A stretch of DNA of 64,000 bases, taken from positions 3,680,001 through 3,744,000 of the forward strand of contig OZ244653.1 of assembly GCA_965218795.1 (NCBI GenBank), written 5' to 3'. The notes under the pieces were generated by a model, which worked only from the letters and a program-made list of their open reading frames with translations, had not been told where the DNA came from and made no database searches. This stretch comes from a bacterium (GTDB lineage: Bacteria; UBA8248; JACPRG01; G963555815). The stretch's first letter is position 1; the number at the start of each line of letters is the position of its first letter. The translations under genes were made by a program, and so were the position numbers. Of the stretch, positions 19,139 to 29,639 are shown in pieces.

Positions 19139-19640
19139 GACGAGCCCTCCTCGTCCGCGGCAGCCTCGAGCGGCCCGCCCGCGGCAAGAAGCCCGAGGCG
19201 AAACGTGATGATCAGGAACTCCAGCGGGATGATGACCTGCGCGGCCCAGGTGGGCACTCCGAGCGCCAGGACCGTCTTCGCCTCTCGTTCCAGCGCGACC
19301 AGCGTCCATCCGGCCCAGGCGAGCGTCCCCGCGACGGCGAGAACCGCGATGGCGGTGATGCGTTCCACCCAGACCTGGCAGCCGGCGGGGATGAGCCGGG
19401 GGACGATGTCGATCCGAATATGACGGGCCCGGCGGGTCGCGAGAGAGGCTCCCACCAGAGCGATCCAGAGGACCCCGTGGCGGAGCAGAACGTCCGTGCC
19501 TTCCACTCCGGCATGAAAGAGGTTGCGGAGAAGGACTTGGAGAAAGGAACCGCCGATCATGACGATCAGCAGGATGACGAGCGCGATTCCCTCCGCCCTC
19601 GCCAGCGACCGCTCAAAGGCCCGGAGGGTCCCGGAAGGGG
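19135..19640 (-). pseudogene. dctQ: TRAP small permease, start region apparently lost
   Basis: QVLLRN...WIALVGASLA..RHIRID motifs; no start codon at the expected position. Confidence 0.7.
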
Positions 19641-20702
19641 GTGGTCCCGCCGGTAATCCTTCAGTGCGGCCAAGACATCGGCCAACAGGTCGGGCGGAAA
19701 GAGCTTCCCGCTGAGCCGGTCCCAGGTGGAGCGGCCGATCTCCGGAAATGCCTTCAGGTCTTTTGGGGGAGGCATGGGGAGGAGCTTCACGCCTTCCTTT
19801 TGGATCTCGCGGACGGCCTCCCGGTTCTCCTTGCGGCTCAGGCGGATCAGTCGGGGAAAATGCCGTTTGCCCTCCTCCTTCAGAACGGTCTGCTGTTTTG
19901 GCGAGAGGCGATCGAAGGTCTTTTTGGAAATCAGAATGGCGCCGGTCGCGTTGCTGATCGGCAGGGCGGTCATATACTCGACCCGGGTGAACCATTGCAA
20001 TGCGACCGCGCCAAGAGGGGAGGCGTATACCGTGTCGATCAGGCCGGTTTGCAGCGAGGTCAGAACGTCCGTGATGGAGAGCGCAATCGGCGTGATACGG
20101 AGGGCCTGGAAGTAGGCCTTGACCAGAAGATCGCCCTCCCAGGCCCAGAGCTTGGCATGGGTCAAGTCCTCTTGCGTGCGAATCGCACGTTTGGAGAACA
20201 GATGGACCAGGCCGACCTCGGCCCAACCCAAGAGGACGAATCCCTTGTCTTCAAACGCGGCAAACAGCCGGGGACCGACGCGCTTGTGCACGAAATCGCT
20301 CTCTCCCTCCCGAAAAAAGAGAAAGGGCAGCTCCAGAACGCGCGCCTCGGGAAGGATCTCGCCAAGCCCCACCCCGGTGAACCCGGCGCTGTGAAGCTGG
20401 CCGATCCGCATCTTCCGCACAACGTCCTTTTCGTCCCCCTGAACCCCTCCGGCATAAATCCTGAAGCGGACCTGCCCGCCGGTCTTCTGCTTGACCCCCC
20501 GAGCGAAGTCCCGCATCACGTTCATCCAGGTGGACCCCTCCGGGGCCAGGGTGGCGAACTTGATCCGGTGTTTTCGCGCGGCCGCGGCGTCGGACGGTCC
20601 CAGCGGTCCCATCCCCGGCGGCACGGCGAGGATGGCGGCGCACAGGACTCCGGCGACGGAGGCGAAGAGAGGGCTTCGAAAGCCTTTTGGCGCGTGTCTC
20701 AT
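19566..20702 (-). CDS. dctP: TRAP substrate-binding protein (TatP-type)
   Basis: IKFATLAPEGSTW, GGVQGDE, SLQTGLID; C-terminus runs on into the dctQ region. Confidence 0.88.
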   Translation of the reverse strand: MRHAPKGFRSPLFASVAGVLCAAILAVPPGMGPLGPSDAAAARKHRIKFATLAPEGSTWMNVMRDFARGVKQKTGGQVRFRIYAGGVQGDEKDVVRKMRIGQLHSAGFTGVGLGEILPEARVLELPFLFFREGESDFVHKRVGPRLFAAFEDKGFVLLGWAEVGLVHLFSKRAIRTQEDLTHAKLWAWEGDLLVKAYFQALRITPIALSITDVLTSLQTGLIDTVYASPLGAVALQWFTRVEYMTALPISNATGAILISKKTFDRLSPKQQTVLKEEGKRHFPRLIRLSRKENREAVREIQKEGVKLLPMPPPKDLKAFPEIGRSTWDRLSGKLFPPDLLADVLAALKDYRRDHPLPGPSGPLSGRWRGRRESRSSSC

Positions 20703-21537
20703 CAGAAAAACTCGTCCGCGTCCTCAAGCATAAGGCGCGCTCGTTTTCGCGCCATGGTATTGGCGAGGGTTTCGGCGGGGAGGATACCGGCCGGCGTATC
20801 CGTCACCTTGCGCAACAGCCTCTCGTATTCCGCCCGGTTCTGAGCCGGAACGGCATAATAGCGGGCGTAGAATACCCAATTCATGAGGAACCTTCCCCCC
20901 GAAATCTCGACCGCCCGGTCAAAGTGCCGTTGAGCCGCGGCGACGTCTCCGCCCGCGAGCTTCGGCCTGCCTCCGAAATACGAGCCGAGGAACACGTGGG
21001 CTCCGCCGTAGAAGTAGGATTCCTCGACGGCCACGACGCGCTCCATTATTGCGGCCACGCGGGGAGTGGATTGGTTCAGGTTGATCCAGCCGGCCCAATT
21101 GTAGGCCGTCCAGAACAGGGCGGGTTGAACCCCCGAAGGCGGAGCAGCCTGAGGCCGTAATCGCGCTCCCGGAGATAGAGCTTTCCGGCCCGCTTCCGGT
21201 CGCCTCCCTCGGCGAAAGCCAATGCGTATCCGCCGAAGCCCCTGGCCGCCAGCAGCAAGAGTCCCCGGTGATCCGGATCGGATTTCAACAACCCTTCGAG
21301 AAGCTTGAGATTGGAGGCCGCCTCCGATTCCGCGAGGATGAGGTCGTCCTCTTCATTGAATGCGGCAAAGGCATCCTGGACGACTTCCGCGGTGGCGCGC
21401 ACGGCGATCTGCTTCAGCGTGCATCCGGAGATTGCCAGGATGATCCCCAGCAGGGGGAGCCAAAACCGGAACGAAGACCGTGGTGAAGAGCCGGTTCCCC
21501 GTCCCCAGGGGAATGGGTTTTTTGAAACGTTCCGCAC
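20702..21537 (-). pseudogene. tatT: TRAP-associated TatT lipoprotein, frameshifted
   Basis: ISGC lipobox, LKLLEGLL, LYLRERDYG in one frame; PALFWTAYNW...YFYGGAH...GGD..A..HFDRA..NTMARKRA in another frame. Confidence 0.8.
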
Positions 21538-21721
21538 CGGTGCGTTGAGAGAGAAGGCGCAGGCTCATGCGGGTTTCAGTCTTGGTTGCCGATGTTTTGA
21601 ATGGTCAAGCGGGGTATTTCCACGGCCGTCGCCCGGTTCCTTTATTCCAATGCGATTGCGCAGGTACAACGGGTGCCGCCTTGTCCTTCGGCAACGCTTC
21701 ACCCGTTTCGGAGTCCGCCTT

Positions 21722-22187
21722 TCAGGGGATCATAAGGGTCAACGGGCCGTTCCTCTTTCTGGAGGTTCTCTCCGTCCGAGCGACCTGATGATGAATGAAA
21801 AGCTCCATTTGCCGGATAATTTCCGATGCTGTGGCGTGATCCTTCCGGAACCAGCTGCGCTTTGCATTGACGGTCACTCTCGAGGCCCGAGTCGTGACGC
21901 GCTCGATCTCGATCTCGATGGCCAGTTGCTTCGTCGCCGCCGAGATTTTGAAACCCGTACGGGTGGGGACGGTTTCTTCGTGATTGAACCCCATTTCTTC
22001 CAGGACCTCGATCGATACGCTTTTCACCGTCGCGACCTCGCTGGTGAAGGTCTTGTGGGCGAGATTATCGAATACGTATTCGAGCCCAGTCAGAGTGCCC
22101 GTGGCCCCCCCCCGCAATGATGGCGGTGCACCCTCCCGAGAAGAGCAGGGAGATCATCAGAAGGAAAGGAAGGGCGATGCGACTCAT
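21722..22187 (-). CDS. DUF3568-like lipoprotein, frameshifted at a G9 tract
   Basis: Signal MSRIALPFLLMISLLFSGGC joins GGATGTL...KDHATASEII if the G9 run (22105-22113) is read as G8. Confidence 0.65.
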
Positions 22188-22552
22188 TGCGACCTGCCCG
22201 TAGAAGTCATCGGCATGTTCCGTGACCCGATTTCTCGGCGGTTCCCCGCGTCCACCCTGAACCGAAAACCAGTCTGTGTATGTCAGCCCCTTGATGAAGA
22301 ACCGCAGAAACAAGTATCCCGATTTATTCCAAAACGTCAACTGTTAATTTAAGAAAATACTCATAACATCTTGCAATTAAAACATAATTTCTCTTTGGTC
22401 TTGTTGCCTGCTTTGGAACACCTCAGCAGGTTCCGGGTTCCGTCCGGTGGCCGGTGGCGTCAACCGGACCGTCAACGAGAACGCCGGTTCCTGACAGACG
22501 GTTTGGAAGTTGCGGTGGTTCTTCTGATTCCCGCCCGAGCGGATCAATCTGG

Positions 22553-22593
22553 AAGGCCGAAACGGCTGTCAGGCCGTTCCGGCTTTCTTTTTT
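22553..22593 (+). terminator. Intrinsic terminator-like hairpin
   Basis: aaggccgaaacggc-tgtcag-gccgttccggcttt followed by cttttt. Confidence 0.55.
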
Positions 22594-22635
22594 CGGGCAT
22601 CGTCCGCTCCGCGGACACTCGGTAAAATTCGCTTT

Positions 22636-23583
22636 CTATCCGGGCGGTGCGATCACCGGGTTCTCCAGGACTCCCACCTTTTCCACTTCACATTCCATCC
22701 GGTCCCCGGCCGCCAGGAAATGGGGGGGATCCATGGCGAATCCGCACCCTTCCGGCGTTCCGGTGGCGATGATGTCGCCGGGTTCGAGGGTGATGCCCCC
22801 GGAGTAGACCGAGACACAGGTGGGGATGTCGAAGATGAACTGGGAGGTGTTCGCGCTTTGGCGGATCTCGCCGTTGATTCGGCACGAGATATCGAGATTG
22901 TGCGGATCCGGAACCTCGTCCTTGGTGACAATCCACGGACCGATAGGGCAGGAGGTATCGAGGGATTTCCCCATATACCACTGGTTATGCCGGTGCTGCA
23001 GGTCCCGGGCGGAGACGTCGTTGCAGATGGTGTAGCCGAAGATGTGACCGATAACCCGTTCGGGGGGTATGCTGCGGCCTCCCGGTCCGATGATGACGAC
23101 CAGCTCGGCCTCGTAATCCAATTCCTTCGTGACCGGGTGATGGATCACCCCTTCCTTGTGTCCGACAAGGCTTGTGACCGTTTTGGTGAAGTAAATCGGG
23201 TTTTCGATGACCGCAGAGCCGATTTCGGCGCCGTAGACGCGCGCACCCTCCTCCGCGTGGGCCTGATAATTCCGGCCCAGCATGATCGGGTTCTTGCCGG
23301 GCCTCGGAAGCGGGGGAAGGAAGGAGACCCCGTCCACAGGTCGAGCGGCGCCTTCCGGAAGGAGATCGCTCAGACCGTCCAGCTTTTCCTCCAGCCTCCT
23401 CAGTGGCGATTCCCAAACGTCCCAGGCGGTGATGACGCCCTTCAGGTCAGGCAGCGTACCCGGCGGGGACTGTCCCAAATCCTTAGCCACCGTTTTCAGA
23501 CAGGCCTGGATGTCGTACACCGTTCCCTGCGCGTGGAGACCGACGGTCTCGCCGGCGTTCGTCCGGTAAGTCAAGAGCTGCAT
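22636..23583 (-). CDS. Fumarylacetoacetate hydrolase family protein
   Basis: GRNY..H, LDYEAEL, NDVSARD, GKS.DT..PIGP, GDIIATGTP. Confidence 0.92.
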   Translation of the reverse strand: MQLLTYRTNAGETVGLHAQGTVYDIQACLKTVAKDLGQSPPGTLPDLKGVITAWDVWESPLRRLEEKLDGLSDLLPEGAARPVDGVSFLPPLPRPGKNPIMLGRNYQAHAEEGARVYGAEIGSAVIENPIYFTKTVTSLVGHKEGVIHHPVTKELDYEAELVVIIGPGGRSIPPERVIGHIFGYTICNDVSARDLQHRHNQWYMGKSLDTSCPIGPWIVTKDEVPDPHNLDISCRINGEIRQSANTSQFIFDIPTCVSVYSGGITLEPGDIIATGTPEGCGFAMDPPHFLAAGDRMECEVEKVGVLENPVIAPPG

Positions 23584-23811
23584 GATGTCCTCCTTCGCCA
23601 AGCGCGCGAAAATCATTTCGAGGCCACGCCCTCGAAGAGCCATTCTCCGAGATGATCTTCGAAACAGCTGCCGTGACGGCTTTCAAATGGGTTTCAAGGT
23701 TGGGGCGGCTGTTTCGACGCCCGTTTGTACGGCAATTCCGGATAGTCTAGTATCTTCGCGGTATTGCGATCTTTTTCTGTCCGCAAATCATCCCTAGAAC
23801 GGAACGAGCCG

Positions 23812-24480
23812 TTGCCCGCCATCGACTATGAGGGCTTGGGGTTCCGCTCCGGCCTGGAGGTCCATTATCAGCCGCTCACCTCCCGGAAGCTGTTTTGCCG
23901 TTGTCCGGCAGGCCGGTATTCTCCCAACTTCGACGCGGAGATACGCCGTCACATGCGCCCCACGCTTTCGGAGTTGGGGGAATATGACGGCACGGCCCTT
24001 GATGGAGTTCAAGACCCGGAAAGAGGTGGTTGACCAAAATCGCAACGACACGGTGTGCACCCGCGAGATGGACGACACGTCGCCCTTCCCGCCCGATCCC
24101 CAGGCCATTGATATCGTCTTGGAGATGAAACTCCTGTTGGATTGTAGCATTGTGGGCGCGGTCCACGTCACCCGCAAGCAGTACCTGGACGGAAGTATCC
24201 CGACGGGTTTCCAAAGAACGGCCATCATTGGGGTGAGCGGGACGATTCATCTCGCGGAGTGGAAGATCTCCATCATACAGCTGAGTATGAAAGAGGATTC
24301 CTGCCGGGAGGTGAAGGACGAAGGGCACTGGATTGCCTTTCGTACCGACCGCCTGGGAATGCCCTTGGTCGAAGTGGCCGAGGTCGGCCGCCGAATCGGC
24401 GGAATCCTCCGTTCCACCGGAAGGGCCCGCAGGGGACTCGGCTCGTCAACGTGAGCATCCGGGGCGCCCCCCGCGTTTCG
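23812..24480 (+). pseudogene. gatE: Glu-tRNA(Gln) amidotransferase subunit E, truncated pseudogene
   Basis: DYEGLGFRSGLEVH..KLFCRCP, RPTLSELGEYD, RKQYLDGSIPTGFQRT, DRLGMPL, LRSTG, VNVSI; spread over frames with the C-terminal part missing. Confidence 0.8.
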
Positions 24481-24556
24481 GATACTCCCTTCACCGTCGT
24501 CCGGTCCCTATCCGGCCGGGGCGCGCGGGACGATTCTTGTGAGCGGACCGCGGGCG

Positions 24557-25669
24557 TCACTCGGCCAGGGCGGTGAGTATCCGCTCGTTTTCCTCCCGCG
24601 TTCCGATGGAGATCCGGACGGTTCCCGGCGCGCCGAACCCTTTTCCCGCCCGGGCCAGAATGCCCCGGTCGAGCAGGCTCTCGAAGACTTCGTCGGCCTT
24701 TTTCTGATCGCCGAAGTCCATCAGAATGAAGTTGGTCTGCGAGGGGACGTAGCGCATCCCTCTCTCCCTGAGATCAGCCTCGATGTATCTCCGCTCCCCG
24801 ATGATGAATTCCCGGCTTTGCCGGTAGTGGTCATCGTCCTCCAGCGCCGCCAGTGCGGCGGCCTGCGCGACCCGGTTGACGTTGAAGAATTCTTTGGCGC
24901 GGAAAATATATGAGATCATCTCCGGCTCGCCCAACAGATAACCCACCCGAAGCCCGGCCAGGCCGTATACCTTGGAGAACGTCCGGACGATCAGCAGGTG
25001 AGGCGGAATCCCGTCTCGGAGGCGTCCGATGGTGTCTGCATAGAGGACTCCGTCTTCGACGAAGTCGCGGTAGGCCTCGTCCAAGACGACGACCGTATGG
25101 GGCGGGACCGCGGCCGCGATCCGCTCAAAATCCTCCGGGGCCAGCAGGGTGGCCGTCGGGTTGTTGGGGTTGCAGAGATAGAGCAGCTTGGTCCTCTCGT
25201 TCATCCGGCTCAGGACGTCCTCCACATCGATGGCGAAGTTCTTCAGCGGGCTCAGGATCACGCTGGCTCCCGCCACCTGCGCCCCCTGGACATAGGTCGA
25301 GAAAGCCGGCCAGGGGATCAGCACCTCGTCTTCCGGATTCAGAAGGACGCGGGAGAAGACGGAAATGACCTCATCGCCTCCATTTCCCACGAACACGTGG
25401 TCGGCCGTGAGACCGAGCTTGGCCCCAATGGCCTGCCGGAGTTCGAGGCTCATCGGGTCGGGGTACCGGTTGGGCTCGCCGAGGGCCTGCCGGGCGGCCT
25501 CGACGGCCTTGGGCGACGGGGGCAGGGGGTTTTCGTTGGTTCCGATGCGGGCCACCTCGCGGCCGGACCGCCGTTTCACCTCTTCGAGATCGGCAATGGG
25601 CGCAATGGGGGACAGATCGGCGATCCCCTTCCGTAAGACGCGCTCGACGGGGATTTTCTTTTCACTCAT
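24557..25669 (-). CDS. hisC: Histidinol-phosphate aminotransferase family
   Basis: NENP, NRYPD, GNGGDE, CNPNNPT, DEAY, RTFSKVYGLAGLRVGY. Confidence 0.9.
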   Translation of the reverse strand: MSEKKIPVERVLRKGIADLSPIAPIADLEEVKRRSGREVARIGTNENPLPPSPKAVEAARQALGEPNRYPDPMSLELRQAIGAKLGLTADHVFVGNGGDEVISVFSRVLLNPEDEVLIPWPAFSTYVQGAQVAGASVILSPLKNFAIDVEDVLSRMNERTKLLYLCNPNNPTATLLAPEDFERIAAAVPPHTVVVLDEAYRDFVEDGVLYADTIGRLRDGIPPHLLIVRTFSKVYGLAGLRVGYLLGEPEMISYIFRAKEFFNVNRVAQAAALAALEDDDHYRQSREFIIGERRYIEADLRERGMRYVPSQTNFILMDFGDQKKADEVFESLLDRGILARAGKGFGAPGTVRISIGTREENERILTALAE

Positions 25670-26892
25670 GTTCGATGGGGTTCCAGGTTGGAGGGGTTCA
25701 TGAGAAAGTGCAGGATCGCGCCCGCGCCGGCGGTGATCTCCTCGACAGGGACGAATTCATCTTTGGAATGGGCAAGGCCCAGGTCACCGGGGCCGAAGAT
25801 GAGAGTCGGCATCTTTTCGGCGAAGTAAGCGGCGTCCGTCCAGGCCCCCATTACGTTTCGAGCGGGCGCCCGGCCCACTTCCTCTTCCACGGCGGTCGAA
25901 AGCGCCGAGACCAGGGGGTGGTTCGGATCGATCTCCATCGGATACCGAATGACGCCCTGCCGCGCCTCGGCCTTGAGGTCGGGGTCCCCTTCCGCCAGAC
26001 GGTGCACCGCTTCCTGAATGATCGCGAAGATCTCCTCCGCCTCCTGCCGAAGGCAGGTGCGGACCTCCAGCGTGAGACGGCAATGATCCGGAACCGTGCT
26101 GACGCCGGTGCCCCCCTGGATGACGCCCATGTGAATTCTCGGATAGTCCAGCAGGGGATGAACGCGCTTTCGGAACTCCGGCTTGAGGTCTTCCATCGCC
26201 CGGATGACGTCCGCCATTTTCGCGATGGCGTCGACCCCCTCCTCCGGGACGCTGCCGTGAACCGCCTTCCCGCGCGTCTCAACCTCGACCCAGAAGAAAC
26301 CCTTATGGGCGAGCACAAGATCCAGGCCTGTGGGTTCGCCGATGATGCAGACGTCTCCCCGAAGGTCCGCCAGCGCGCTGCGGGCGCCGGCGCTCTGGTC
26401 CTCCTCATCGCTGACCGCGGCGAGGGTAACGTTGACGGACGGTGGAGGCTCCAGCTTTTGGGCCGCCTGGATCGCCGCCGCGAACATGACGAGCTGTCCC
26501 TTGGCGTCCAGGGAGCCGCGGCCGTACAGCCTGCCGTCCCGGAGGGCCGGCTCGAAGGGAGCGTCCATTCCGGTGGTCTCGACCGTGTCGAGATGCGAGC
26601 ACAGGACGATTTCGGGGGCGGAATCCCCGGCGGGGGCCCATGCCCAGCGCGCCGTCACGTTGGGACGAAGGTCTGCGTGCTCACCCGCCTCCGCGGAAGG
26701 CGTCACTTCGACCCGGGCGCCCAGGTCCTCCAGGGCGCCGGCGAAGCGGGCCGCCGCTTCTTTCTCGCCCGGTCGGTCCCGGCCCGGCGCCCCTCCCTGC
26801 GAGGCCATCGGGTTCACGCTGTTGATCCGGACCAGGTCGGACAACAGATGAAGCGCGAATTCGCGATCGATCGGCGGGGGCGTGGCGGTCAC
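25666..26892 (-). CDS. M20 family deacylase (ArgE/DapE-like)
   Basis: SHLDTV, GRGSLDAKG, DEE, GEPT, GKAVHGS, LAH..DE. Confidence 0.9.
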   Translation of the reverse strand: MTATPPPIDREFALHLLSDLVRINSVNPMASQGGAPGRDRPGEKEAAARFAGALEDLGARVEVTPSAEAGEHADLRPNVTARWAWAPAGDSAPEIVLCSHLDTVETTGMDAPFEPALRDGRLYGRGSLDAKGQLVMFAAAIQAAQKLEPPPSVNVTLAAVSDEEDQSAGARSALADLRGDVCIIGEPTGLDLVLAHKGFFWVEVETRGKAVHGSVPEEGVDAIAKMADVIRAMEDLKPEFRKRVHPLLDYPRIHMGVIQGGTGVSTVPDHCRLTLEVRTCLRQEAEEIFAIIQEAVHRLAEGDPDLKAEARQGVIRYPMEIDPNHPLVSALSTAVEEEVGRAPARNVMGAWTDAAYFAEKMPTLIFGPGDLGLAHSKDEFVPVEEITAGAGAILHFLMNPSNLEPHRT

Positions 26893-26951
26893 GGGGCATC
26901 CTTCCCCCCCGGTCCCGGCAACGAGGGCAGGGGGGAGTTCAGGGGACGTTC

Positions 26952-27848
26952 CTACAGCAGTCCCAGTTCCTGGAGGGCGGCCTTCACGCCCGCGCGTTCC
27001 TCATCCGTGAGGGGCAGGAGCGGCTTCCGCGCGTCGCCGCAGGGGATGCCCAACATGGCGAGCGCTTCCTTGGCGGGGGCCACGTATCCGGGGTCGTATT
27101 CCAGGAAGCGGTTGAGGACCTGCACCTTCATGTGCAATGCCCGGGCTTCCTCGTGACGCCCGGCGGTGAAGTGATCGTAGATCTCGGCCATCTGTTTGGG
27201 GATGACGCAGGAGGCCGTCGAGAAGATCCCCCGCGAGCCGACACAGAGCGCCGGGTAGAACTGGCTGTCGATTCCCGTGTTGACGGACACACTGCCGCAG
27301 GTCAGGCGGATGGTCTCGACCAGCTGCCCCATGTCGTCCTGGCTCAGCTTGCCGCCGATGATGTTCGGGTGCCGCATGATCTCCGCCATGAGCCGGGGCG
27401 ACATCGGATTCCCCGTATAGAGGGGATTGTTGTAGATGACGACGGAGATGTCCACGGATTCGGCGACGTCGAAAAAATGCTGTTTCAGGCCCGCTTCCGG
27501 AATCTTGAAATAGTAGGTCGGCGTCAGTATGGCGGCGGCGGCTCCGACCTCCTGGGCGTCCTGGGAGAGGAAGACGGCCTCCCGGGTGCTGCCCCCCGCG
27601 GTCCCAGCGATGACCGGGATTCGGCCGCCGGTCTGATCCACGATGATGGAAGTCGCTTCCTTTCGCTCCGCCCGCGTCATGTGGGGAAATTCGCCCGTTC
27701 CTCCGGTGGACATGATCGCGTGACAGCCGTTGGCGACAACGTATTCCGTCTGTTTGCGGAGAGCCTCTTCATCGATGGTTTCGTCGCTCTTGAACGGGGT
27801 GACGATGGCCGAATAGACGCCCCGCAGGGTTTCCGCAGTCAACTCCAT
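26952..27848 (-). CDS. Dihydrodipicolinate synthase/class I aldolase family protein
   Basis: AIVTPF, GGTGEF, IYNNP, GGKLS Schiff-base Lys. Confidence 0.9.
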   Translation of the reverse strand: MELTAETLRGVYSAIVTPFKSDETIDEEALRKQTEYVVANGCHAIMSTGGTGEFPHMTRAERKEATSIIVDQTGGRIPVIAGTAGGSTREAVFLSQDAQEVGAAAAILTPTYYFKIPEAGLKQHFFDVAESVDISVVIYNNPLYTGNPMSPRLMAEIMRHPNIIGGKLSQDDMGQLVETIRLTCGSVSVNTGIDSQFYPALCVGSRGIFSTASCVIPKQMAEIYDHFTAGRHEEARALHMKVQVLNRFLEYDPGYVAPAKEALAMLGIPCGDARKPLLPLTDEERAGVKAALQELGLL

Positions 27849-27932
27849 CGTTTTTCCCTCCCAAAGTTTTCCCGTTGCGGGATTTCTTGTCGAGGAGTGC
27901 GCCTGTCGATCAGACTCGGGGGTCCTCAACGA

Positions 27933-28442
27933 TCAGTCGGTGAATGATTCAATGGCCTTTTGGACCTGCCTGGCGCCCCTCTCGATATGGCTCACCAGCA
28001 GGGCGCGCGCCTGCAGGGCTTTGATGATGCCGGCGTGATCGGGGGCGAGGATGTCAAGATTCCCCTCCCTGACCTCGTCCATCCCCGCGGTGATGCACAG
28101 GCGGAATTGAGAATGGACGGCGGACCAGATTTGCGAGAGCCGCTTGTGCCGCGCCAACTCCACGAGTCGGGCATGGAAATCCAGATCGGCCTCTACGACT
28201 TCCCTCATGGTCGGTTTCATGACGAAGGTGCCGCGATGGACGTTAATGACCACCAGGCCCTCGGATGCAAGAACGCGAAGCGCCTCCCGGATGGGTCCGC
28301 GGCTGACGCTCAAGCGTTCGGCGGGTTCGGTTTCCACAAGCCGCTGGCCGAGCTTCAGATCTCCTTTGAATATGGTCTCTCGAATCGCTCCGACGACGTT
28401 TTCCGATAACCGTTTTCTTTGGAGTGAGTGCAGGGTTTTCAA
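27933..28442 (-). pseudogene. GntR (FadR/FCD) regulator with apparently shortened FCD domain
   Basis: wHTH VSRGPIREAL..EGLV jumps directly to EADLDFH; only 169 aa. Confidence 0.6.
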
Positions 28443-28660
28443 AGCTATGTTCCAGTGGATTGGGACTGGAGGCGGCCCCGCAGTGGATGGCCGGAAAGCC
28501 GACTCTGCGTCAGGGACGCACGGTGAACCGTGATGTTCCGGTCACCGTTCCCTTCGCTGCGGTTGCCGCCCTCGAGAATGATTCAAATCTAGCATGCCGG
28601 GGAGATTGCTGCAAAGCCTGACGTTTTCCGCCGGATCTCCCGATGCGTCGGAGATGCGGA

Positions 28661-29539
28661 TTATCCGAATCCTGTGATGACCACGGCGCCCGCCACGGTC
28701 AAACAGGCCGCAAAGACCAAGGTGGGAGATATCCGTTCCATTCTCCGGAACGCAGTCGCCATAATGGCCAGGATGAACAGCGGATAAATCACAATCAGCG
28801 GCGCCAAGGTCGATACGTTCCCCCGGCCCAGTGCGATGAAATACCAGTATACCCCCAAGGCGTAAATCGAGCCCGTCACTATATATTGAGCCGCGCCGAC
28901 GACGTTGAAGCTGAACCTCTGTACGCGCGGGATCAGGCGCATGCAGGACAGGAGGACCGCCATGCCGCCGATAGAGGAAATGACCATCCCCATCACGGGG
29001 GAGGGGAGAGAGTTCATCCCGGCCTTGCGCAGAATGGGTGTAACGCCGAAGCAGACCGCGCTCAATGCGGGCCAGACGAGGTCGCCGGCGCCCATGCGTT
29101 TTCCGGCCTCATCCTCCTCCAGGCTGATGAGCAGCACGCCCACGACAATCAGGGTGGTTCCGATCAGGGTGATCCAGGTCGGCCGCTCGCCCATGAACAG
29201 AACGGCGATGGAGGTGCTGATCAGGGGGGAGACCCCGATGATGGCAGTGGTTCTGGCGACGCCGACGCGCTCGAATCCCTTGAATAGCGTGATGAAGCCG
29301 AATCCAGGGTAAAAGACTCCGGCCGCCAGGAACCAGAGGGCTCCGTTCGAGTTGAAGTCCGTCCATGAAAACGCGCCCAGGGCGATCAGGAAGAACACCA
29401 CGAGACTGACGATGGTGCCCAACAGCGAGCCCGTATACGGCGTGGAATGGCGGACCGCCAGACGTCCGATGACGTCGCCGACGGCAAAGCTGATGGACGT
29501 CATGATCGCGAGGAATTCCGCAGGAATCGTAAAGTTCAT
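28661..29539 (-). CDS. DMT/EamA transporter, paralog 1
   Basis: About 10 TM; GVART..I.G.SP, LFMGE, YPLF. Confidence 0.88.
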   Translation of the reverse strand: MNFTIPAEFLAIMTSISFAVGDVIGRLAVRHSTPYTGSLLGTIVSLVVFFLIALGAFSWTDFNSNGALWFLAAGVFYPGFGFITLFKGFERVGVARTTAIIGVSPLISTSIAVLFMGERPTWITLIGTTLIVVGVLLISLEEDEAGKRMGAGDLVWPALSAVCFGVTPILRKAGMNSLPSPVMGMVISSIGGMAVLLSCMRLIPRVQRFSFNVVGAAQYIVTGSIYALGVYWYFIALGRGNVSTLAPLIVIYPLFILAIMATAFRRMERISPTLVFAACLTVAGAVVITGFG

Positions 29540-29639
29540 CGGCGGTTCATCCGGATTCTCCATGAAATCCGACGGAAGAACATTCGGTCATTCCGGTGAA
29601 ACAATGGATTTCGCCGGTTGTCGAACGGGTCCATGGCGG

